DNA of 64,000 nt from Geosiphon pyriformis uo1 (lineage: Eukaryota > Fungi > Glomeromycota): assembly GCA_016748015.1 (NCBI GenBank), contig JAAOMT010000617.1, forward strand, positions 974,693-1,038,692. The letters are read 5' to 3'. This document shows, piece after piece, positions 26,160 to 36,300 of the stretch (position 1 is the stretch's first letter; each line of letters opens with the position of its first letter). The notes under the pieces are model-generated. The model saw only the letters and a program-made list of their open reading frames with translations. It did not search any database and was not told the DNA's origin. The translations under genes and the position numbers were made by a program.

Positions 26160-29100
26160 ATGACCACGACCAAAACAAAGAGTAAAAAAGCTGCACCTAA
26201 TATCTGTCTTGAGATATCTAATAAAATTTCAACCAGAGGAGCTTTTTCTGTTGTAAAAACAACTAAACAGAATGTTTTAGAAGCCTTTTCTCTACCCAGT
26301 AATCGTGATAAGCTGCCTTTAGTAGCTACTAAAGCAACTTTCTTATCTTTGGCTGGTTTCTTACCAGTCAAAGTTCCCTCAAAGAGACACACTTGGATTA
26401 GTCCTAGTGTTGTCTTCACTCCGACTAAGAGTCCAAAAGTTTTTAATAATAGACCAATAAATAAACTGGTCTTCTCCTTTATAGCTTCAACATCTGGTGC
26501 TTCTAGTACCACCTCTTCAAAAAAAATGGTCAAAAAAACCAAAAGTTCAGAAAAGTGGGAGCAATTGCTTGTCTCTGCTATTGTTACACCGAACCCCTTT
26601 GTGGTTCCCAATAAGATCTTAGATGAAATCTCCATAGTATTATCTGGCATGTTATTCAAGATGGGCTTAAATCAACCACTGGCTATATTGTCAAATGTGG
26701 TGTCTTCTGGCAGATCATTGCTGGTTTTAGAAGCAAAACAATCTCCTTCTGTTGAGTCACCTGTTCTTGTGAACTGGACTGATCAAATAAAAACTGAATT
26801 ATCTCTTTTTCTAGTTTCTGGTACTACTTCTGATGATGCTTGGAAAACTATTACTAGTCGTCAAAGGTTTGCTGAGTGAGTGGCCTCCACTCTGGTGTCT
26901 GGTGCTACTTTTAAAATCAAATTGGCTCATGTTAAGGCTGTTTTTTAGTCTGTACATGGTTTTTTGGGTGTTAAATCTGTTTCAAAAGACAATATGAAGC
27001 TTTTTTATGTGAAATTTGCTTTTCAAACCTCTTTGGATACTGTGTTTTTAGTTGAGCTTACAAGCTCTGTTTGTCTTGCTACTTTTAAAATTGCCAAGTC
27101 TTTGGTGGTTTCTAAGTCTGGATTTCTTTCTGCTGTTGTTGCACTGCATGATGTGCTTTTAGGTGTGTCTGCTGCTAATATTAAGACAGCTTTTAGTGTT
27201 TTTGGTATAGTTACTCGTGTTGTGCTGAAGTCTGCTGGCATTTGGCAATATGTGGTAGTTTATTTTGAGAAGTTGGATTCTGCCATGTCTGCTTTGAATC
27301 ATTGGTCAGTATTGGTGGGCAGGAATAGTGTTAGAATCCTTCTCTTGGTAAATCAAAATAAGACTATTTTGTTTCATGATAGGTTTAAGGCCAAGTTGGT
27401 CAACCTTTCTCTTGGCTGTACTGCCTTTGAAATCAGTAATATGATTTCTCAGGTTGGTGGCCGGTTTTGTTTCATTCTTCGGTCTTCTGATTTTGGTCAT
27501 CATTTTTGCTTTGCTCTAATTATGTTTGGCTCTCAAGCTGATTTGGACCTTGCTGTTGCCAATACTAATATGCTTAAAAAGTGCCATATCTGGTAAGAGA
27601 CTCTTAATTGTCAGCATTGTTTTCAATGTTAAGAAACAAGTCACTTGGCTGTAGACTGTAAAGTTGTTTCATTTCTCTTTCTTAAGGCTCCCAAGATGTT
27701 CAAACCATGTTTTGTTGGTTTTTTGTCTTATGCTAAGGCATCTGCTCTCCCTGTTATGTCTGAATTTCCTTCTTTGGTGGCTTTCACTCCTTTTGTGGCT
27801 GTTGTTGATCCTGTTGTTGGGTCCAGATTGGACTTTTTGGAAAAGCAAATTTCGGATTTGGCTGCTTTGGTAAAGTCTATTGTTGAGTCTGTTGGCTCTT
27901 TGGTTGCCTTAGTGTCTTGTTTTCTTGATGATAATGCTGTTAAAACTGTTTAGTTAGAGAAAGATCTCCTTTCTATGAAATATGTTTCTAACAATTTTGT
28001 CAATCTTTTGGTTGGTGTGTCTAAGGACATTGCTTGTCTTAGATCTGAAGTTGACTTTGGTGACATGGATTATAATGATATACAGACCACTATTACAAAT
28101 GATTCTTTGGGGTGTCGAGTGAATAACAAACCTGTAACTTGGTGTTCAAGATGATTGGTGACAATGATAATCTAAAGGTATTTTATCTGAAAGTTTTCCA
28201 ATTGAGTTTTTTGTATAATGAACAGAGATTCAATGGTAACAGTTTATTAGTAGTTTCTTGGCATCGTAGTTTTGCTGATTGCTTGCTCAGCTTGATAATT
28301 GATGATTCTCCTGGTATGATATCCTCCGTAAGTGTATACTAGTGTAGTTTCCTAATGTCAGTTTCTCTGTAAGTCCTCCAAGAGTAAGTGTTGTTTAAGC
28401 AAGTTTATTCCTCCATAAGTCTTTTAAAAATAAGTATTTTTTGTAAGCTTTATTTCTCTGTAAGTCCTCCAAGAGTAAATCCTTTAATCAAGTTAATAAA
28501 CAACAAAGAAAATAAAGAAAAATAAAAGAGAAAATAAGAAATAAGCCAAGGTGATTTGCAAGTTAGTATTCCATTAATAGCCGTGATCAAGAGCTATTGT
28601 TTCGGTATGGTTAAGTATCAGTTACCATCAACATGAAGTGTTGATAGTGGAGAATGAATTTGATATAGTGAATAATTATTTATTTGAGGATTGTGGTAAC
28701 TAAGCTAAAAATTCTTGGTGTTGATTCTCTTTTTTTTTTTAATTTTAATAATTATGATTTTGCAAGTCTAATTGATTCTATGAGTCTAATTGATTCTATG
28801 AGTTTAATTGACTCCACAAATCAATTGACTCTAAGTCCTATTGACTAATTTTCTAACTTCTGATAATACTGCTATATATATGTATTTGAGATTCCTCAAT
28901 TCCTTAATTCTTCATGTCAGGAATCCTGAAATTCCTGGAATTCTGCAATTCTTTTAAGAGGAATCCTGGAATTCTGAAATCCTGCAATTCCTCATGTGAG
29001 AATTCTGCAATTTCTGGAATCCTGCAATTTCTCTGAGAGAAATCCTGGAATTCCACATTTACTATGTTTACCTATGATTGGCTAATTTATATGCTAATAT

Positions 29101-29327
29101 ACTTCCTATATTTTATGAGTAATACCACCAAACTTTCTCTTTTGAGTGAAAACACTGTTGAGCATGTTATTGCTTTGTGGTGAATATCAAGTGCTGAGGT
29201 TAGGAGTAGTGTTAAATCTACTAGATTATTTCTTAGTGAGTTTATTTTTGATTTTAGGAATCTGAATGGTGTGATTAAAAAAATTTGTGGTTTGAAATTA
29301 TTCCTACCTTCTATTGTTTCAGCTTAG
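26160..29327 (+). pseudogene. ORF1-like protein of about 710 codons after removing the solo LTR, disrupted
   Basis: Fragments 26160-26879, 26964-27596 and 27645-27953. The frame resumes after 29128 and ends ...LFLPSIVSA* at 29327. Matches the copy at 1-2093. Confidence 0.85.
28091..29124 (-). mobile_element. Solo LTR of a Gypsy-1-related family
   Basis: TATTACA...GTAATA termini. 4-bp TSD CCAC at 28087-28090 and 29125-29128. U3 repeats and both ends are similar to the Gypsy-1 LTR. No internal region. Confidence 0.92.
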
Positions 29328-29911
29328 TTAATGTTTTGACTGACTCGGGTGGTTTGTCATATGTAGAAAATGCATAATTCATGTCTAATTTGTAATTTCT
29401 TAATGGCGCATAATATTAGATAGTGTTTGGGCACATCTTATTAAAACATAATAATAATAATAAAAAAATATGCCAATAAAGTTAAAAAAAAACTAGAAAT
29501 TAATTGTAAAAAAATCAGTCAAAATTAAAAACATTTGTCTAAACACCAAAAAAAATAGTTATATTATTAATAAAAAAACAATATATTTATTTGTTAAAAA
29601 ACAAATTTTATTATTTTTATTAGAAAATAAAATACAGATTTTATTAAAAACAGTATTATTATTAATATTAACTTTATAAACACCAAAATTTTTTAATTAT
29701 ATAAAAAAATTCAAACAATACAATTAAAAAAATATTTATTTTTATTTAAAATTATAAAAAAAAGTCTAAATTAGAATTAAAAAATCAGAAATAAAATTAG
29801 TTATAAAATTAGTTATAAAAATAAACAACTAGTTTAAAAACCAAAAAATTTGTGATTAAAAATTTTTAAATAATCAAACTTTTTTAAGAAATATATACAA
29901 AAATTTAATTC

Positions 29912-29913
<2 letters not shown>

Positions 29914-29943
<30 letters not shown>
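29914..29943. repeat. (TTA)10 microsatellite
   Basis: Read directly from the sequence. Confidence 0.85.
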
Positions 29944-29945
<2 letters not shown>

Positions 29946-30174
29946 AAAAAATAATAACAACAGAACAAAATTACCAACTATTGTTATTAAAAAAATTTTA
30001 TATTATTTTTTTAATATTATTTTGTTATTAATTCTATTGTTAATAGAAGCTAATAAATTTTCAATAAACTAATTTATCTTTAAAATATCTTTCTATATTT
30101 TAAACTATATTTGCTATTAAACTTATAATAAAATAGCTAATTTTATATTAATTATTTTGTGTAATTATTTTACA

Positions 30175-30298
30175 ATAAAAGTTAATTTTTTTATAAAAAT
30201 ATCTTAATTATAAGCTCTTTAATAATATATAATTATTTTGTTATAAAAGTCAACTTTTCTACAAAAAATCTTAACTATAAACTATTTAATAATATAAA
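30175..30298. repeat. Degenerate tandem duplication, period about 68 bp
   Basis: ataaaagttaattttttataaaaatatcttaattataagct..taataatata vs ataaaagtcaacttttctacaaaaaatcttaactataaact..taataatata. Confidence 0.65.
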
Positions 30299-32518
30299 AA
30301 AAAATCCCAATTTATGTTTAAATATTATTTTTAGTTCAAGTTTAAAAACACCAATAGTTATTAAAATTAATAATTAATTAATTTTAAAATATTAGTTTCG
30401 ATTTGGTAATTTTGAAACAGTAATAATTAAAAATTTTTGGATTTTTAAAATAAGTTTTATTGAATTAATTTGTAATAATTAATTTTTTAATTTTAATTTT
30501 ATATTTTCTTAAAAAAATAAGCTTTTTTTTTATATAATTTGTTGTAATACTATTTTATAATTTGATATCTTTTTTTTTAATATTTTGAATATTATATAAT
30601 TCAAAATATTGTATAATTATTATAATTAGTTTTATTTATGTTCTATACAAATTAAGTTATTAATTGAATAATAATATTTGATAATTTTTAATTAATAAAT
30701 AATAATTTAAAAAAGTAATATATATTAATTAATAATAAAAATTATAAAAATAATTTTATACTGATTAATAACTTAAATTTTTATTAATAATATTATATTA
30801 ATAAATAAAAACAAATTCAAATAAAGTTAAATAACTTTATAAAAAATCATTAATAATGCAAATTGAAACTAGAATATTTAATATACCAAAAAAACTATTA
30901 TTTATAATTACATATAATATATTAAACAAAAATCCAAAAAATTCAACTTACTATTATTATAATTATTATGTTAAAAAAAAATACAATTACTCAGAAAGAT
31001 ATGACAAATAAAATAAAAAACTATGTTTTATTTATAAAAAATATTTATTAAAAAAATATAATTAAATCAATATATTAAGTAAAAAAAATATATAATACAA
31101 ATTTTTAATATATAATTTTTATTTATAACTAAATAAAAAAAAATATTATTAAAACAATATTTAATAAAATATTAAAAAAATTATAGTATTATTTACATAA
31201 TAAAAACAAACTTTATAATATAGTCTAAACAAAAATAAAAATAAAAACACTAAAAAATATCAAAAATTATTAATTAAAATAATTAATAAAATTACTTACT
31301 ATAATATATTTAATTTGTTAAAAAAATTTCAAAAAAACTACCAACAATTATATTTTATTTGCTAAAAGCAAAAACAATATCTTATTCAAATTAATATTTA
31401 TTTTATATAGTCTAAAAGTTTTTTGGCAAATTTAATTTAAAAAAAATTGCTACAATTATAATATTTTTTAATGCTTTTAATATTTTTTATAAATTATTTG
31501 ATTACAAATTTATAAATTTGTAATTATTAAATTAATTATTTTTAAATTTGTTGTAATATTTAATAAAGTTAAAAATTAATTTTAAAAACAATTTTTTGGT
31601 TAAATTTGTTAAGATTTTTTTAAATTGCAATATTAATTTTACAAATAATTTATTTTTAGATTTTATCTTTCTAATAATATTTTAATATTTATTATTTTAA
31701 ATAATTTAATTTTTTTTAAAGTTTTTTATTCTTTAAAAAAATTTAAAACTACTTTTTTTAAACTTTACTAAATAAAAATAAATAAATATGTATAAGGCAT
31801 ATAATTTGGTCAATTGACACCACTTGAAAATGAGCTTAAGGTAAATCAAAATATATGATAAATTCATCGATTTCTTTGGTAGCATATATAATGATAGGAT
31901 TAATAAGGTAATTATAGATTTTAGTTTTTTAAAAGACTATAAAATACACAATAGTTTGGATCAGGATTAAGTTTTTTCTCTCCTTCTTTGGAAAATCTTC
32001 TATGATCCACTGTTATGTAAGATCAAAAAACATGAACATTTATATAAATATTGAATTAATACCAAGTTTGTGACAAAAACTGAGAGGATTGAGAATAGTA
32101 GTGGTTTGTCTTTTTTTTTGTGGCTAGTGCTTTTATTGATAATTTAATTTGGGTTGAAGATTATTAGACTTCTATGCAGTATGTTCTGAATATTGCTAGT
32201 GAATTTTTTGATCAATAATATTTCAATTAATATTAAAAAAACTGTGGCTATTTTTATTAATTAGGATGTTAAAGTTGCTTCTTTAAGTATTAGTGGTCAA
32301 CTAATTTTAATTGCCAAAAAAAATGAGGCACACAGATATCTGAAAATTTTTTTATCAACTGAAGAGCTGTTCAAGCCAAGTGTGACTAAGACTCATTCTG
32401 ATGTTTGTTTTTTTGTTAATATTGTGCTCAGAAAAGTCATTATGGATAAGCAGTTTTTTTATTTGGTATTAGCTGTTTTGCAGTTTATTGTTAGTTACAA
32501 AACACAGTTTAATTTTGT

Positions 32519-33280
32519 TATTACTTAAAGAAAACAGATATAGGAAAATAGTAGACCAATAAGAGAGTAATAGTTAGCACATAAGCATATTGCTCAGCAA
32601 TATGGAGCAATGTCAGAAATCATGGCACATTGCTTGAGAAATTTTAGCACATTACTTGAGAATGTAAGCAATCTTGTAAAACCTAAATTATGTATATATA
32701 ATAGTAGCATTAGAAGTAAAAAAGACAAATCTTCCAGTTTAGATTTCATCTAAGCAATCTTCTAATTCACAAATATCAATAAATAATTATTCACTATCTC
32801 AATCTACTCTCTACTATCAACACTTCATGTTAATAGTAATTGATAGCTCTTGATTACAACTATTGACGGGATACTAATTTGCAATTGCTTTTACATGTTT
32901 CTTTATTTTCTTGTATTTTCTTTAATTTTTTTTGTTATTTTTTTGGGTTTTACTAAATTGATTAAGGATTAAGCACTAAGATACAGAAATTATAGGGACT
33001 GGTAAAAGACCTGTAAAACAAAGGTAGAACACTCATAGATTTGAGGATAGCTTACCAGGAGGATTACTGGCCACCATGCTAAGAAAAAAATTTGATGAAA
33101 CTGTGGTTTCGGAAAGCTATAGATAAAACTATCAATTAAATCTCTGTTTATTATACAAAGAACTCCACAAAAAAACCTTCAGATAAACTACACCTTCAGA
33201 TATCAACACCAGAATACCAATCAAGCACCAAGTTACAGATTTGTTATTTGATTTGAGATCCCAAATAATTATTTGTAACA
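32519..33280 (+). repeat. 5' LTR of Gypsy-2
   Basis: Direct repeat of 41603-42403. Ends TGTAACA. TATA-like TATATATAA near 32694. Confidence 0.95.
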
Positions 33281-33299
33281 TTTAGTGCTTTCTGTGAGG
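33281..33299 (+). promoter_or_regulatory. Primer-binding site of Gypsy-2 (mutated)
   Basis: TTTAGTGCTTTCTGTGAGG, a transition-decayed form of TTTGGTGCTCCCTGTGAGG. Confidence 0.75.
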
Positions 33300-33342
33300 T
33301 ATAATCCTACAGAGAACCAGCACCAACAGCAATCATCCAAAA

Positions 33343-36300
33343 GTGGCAGAATCAAAAAACATAGGAGCAAACCATTTAGGATTTGCCAAATCCTTGTTCC
33401 AACAATACAGCCAACAATTAGGACTAAACAATAACTACTTTTCAGCAAAATCTGTCTTTAACTTCTATGTCAATGATAAAATCACAGACTACTTAGAAGA
33501 AACAATTAACATTGAATCCACAAGGAAAAATTTCTATACAGAATTATTTCAACATACCAGCTTACCAAAAAACTACAGTTTTACACCAATTATCAGAAAA
33601 ATCAATCAAATCATTGAAAGATATACACAACAACAATTCCCAATTACTTATGCAGACAAAAAAAAGGGAAGACTACAAACACCAGCAGTAACACCAAAAC
33701 AAATACAACCACCCACTTGAAAGAAAACCAGAGTTGGATCACCAACAAATCTATCATACTATTACATCTCAAGAAGCATCATCAACATCTCATTAACAGG
33801 TGCATTCACATTACATGCAACATCAACATTTGGCCAACTTCTATTTCAAAGTAAACAAAAGAAAACAGAATTACTAGGAACTTATAGTAACTACTTTAAG
33901 AGATTTAAATCACAATTCCCAATGCCATCAGAATTCTGATTACTGCCACCCCAACTAGATTTCGGAAACGTGAGTTCCTAAGAAATAATAGAATCAAAAG
34001 AAGAGGAAAAAAAAGAAGCCGAAAATCAAAAATTTATTTACCAGAACCTGATCTTAGAAAATTTAGAAGTTGAAATACTGAACATTAAAACCCAGCAAAC
34101 TCAAAATGATCGAAATCCCAAAACAATTAATTAGCAAAACTTATCTCCAGTAATCATTATCAATCAACTACCAATTGAACTGATTATTGAACTGATTCAA
34201 TAGCAGCCACTTCAACCACCCCAACAATCACAACAGCTGCTTTAACTGCTGTAACAACAACTTCAACAACTATCACAACAACAAATCATAGCTCCAATGG
34301 CATATGCTCCTATTGCCAAACTTGAAAAATTCACTAACAAAGAAGATGATGCCCAAGTGTGGCTAAACAATATGAAAAAAGCCATTGCAGCCAATGGATA
34401 GAATGACACCAAAGCCATGTAGGCCATTTCCTACTTTCTCCAGGATACTGCCAATTCATGGTATCAAAGCTTGGCTAACAAACCCCAGAATTTCAATACA
34501 TTTAAGCTTGTATTTCTACAATACTTCAGCAATAATAATAGTATTAATTGGCTAGTAAACACTTTTATCACCATCAAGCAAGGAGAAAATAAAGCAGTCA
34601 CTACTTATCTAGAATGCTTCTATAGAAATTTGTGCCAAATTTAAGCAATTTAGACTGACTATTTTACAGCACCACAAATCCTGAACCAATTTATTAGAGG
34701 TTTGTGCAGTAGCATCCTCCAATGTATATGTTCAATGCATCCAGCAGATCTTCAAGCTACAGTTACCAATGCCAAAGATTTTAAAGCAGCTAAACTCAAA
34801 GCTAACTATTCCCAAACTGTAAATCTAGTGATAAATGGATCATCTGAATTGGATTCCAAATTGAAACAATTCAGTAATTTCATTAACCAGAAGCTTGAAG
34901 GATACTTAGCTAACAATCACACAGTTTATCAACCTTTACAATGACACAATATCTAAGGAAATGTGAATCATTTCCAGAATCAGTCACATTCATCTTTTTT
35001 GACCAATCAACAGTGGCAGCAAGAGATACATGTTTGTCACTACTGTGGTAAACAAGGACATTTAAAGATTGACTGTAGACTAAGAATAGATACCCAATGA
35101 TTGGGAAATCAATATCAAAACCCCAATCACCAGTTTCCAACTCCGAGTTACCAATCCAACCTAGCACTATATCAACTGACTTACTTACCAATGACACAAC
35201 AGCCAATATATCAACCACTCATATATTAACCTCCAGTTTATCAACCACAGCCACCAGTAATCTATTAACCACTGCAGCCACAAATTATTTATCAGATGCC
35301 CACAGTTCAAACACTGTCACCAAATCCAGCTCAAATGACATCAGAAAACCCCAAATCAAGAGTTACTCAAAACTGAAGATCAGTAATAGTTATATACCAA
35401 CCAATCTCCAGTTCATCCAACCAGCCATCAGGATTATGACAGCAAAATTCAGGAACTGAGTATACTCAAAACCCGAGTTTCCAAAACTATTTAAGTCTTC
35501 TGGTTATTTCAGAAGACACCCAACTCTATAATCCAGAAACCAACCAACAATCAACACTTACCAGCAACATTCCACCAGCCACCATTACTAAGAATGAATC
35601 ACTAGATGCCATTTTTCCATTCGAACTCAAGGAACTGTCAGCCACACCGTTATTTAGTGGAGCTGCTCTCAAAAAAAAACTTATCACCACTATGTACACC
35701 GATGTCAAAGTTAATAGCCACTCAATCAAATTAATCTTAAACAGAGGATCAGCCAGCAGCATCATCACAAAACAACTTATGGACCAATTAGGTTGCTGAA
35801 TTGATCAAGCTGTCAACACATGAATCATTACAGCTGATGGAGCGACCAAAATTCTGATTGGCAAGATTGATGACTTCCCTATAGAAGTCAATAGCATTAT
35901 TGTGCCAATCAAAGTATTAATTATGGAAGCTATTCAATATCAAGCCCTCATTAGCAATGACTGGTTGTCTAAAACCAAAGCAACATTTGATTGGAATATG
36001 CAAGAGCTCCAACTTAGCCAGAACAGTCAACACACACAGGTACCAGCCACATGTGGCCATTTCAAAACTCACAACATGCCAGCATTTTTTATCGAGTTCG
36101 AGAAAAAAGAGAAGAAATCTACTTGGGAGACCTATCAAGTGTTATGGGCTGACAAAGATTACAACAAGTTATCACTGGTATTCTCGTGGGACAACAATGG
36201 GAAAAGAAAGAAAAGAGAAGAACTAACGACAACCAGGAAGAGCTAATAGATTGAGAATAGAAAAAAAAGACAAAAGAAAAAAAAAAGGAGAAAGAAGAAG

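Larger units (their letters stand above)
26100..29468 (+). mobile_element. ORF1-only (half-LINE-like) retroelement, copy 2, interrupted by a solo LTR
   Basis: Single ORF 26160-29327, followed directly by a LINE-type 3'UTR (gtgg...catatgtagaaa.tgcataa) and a (TAA)n/A tail at 29449-29468. No ORF2. Confidence 0.85.

Noticed and set aside
36220-36300. Programmed frameshift in Gypsy-2 between protease and the Cys-rich region
   Set aside because: Gypsy-3 keeps protease, Cys-rich region and dUTPase in one frame. The shift falls in an A-run region prone to indels.
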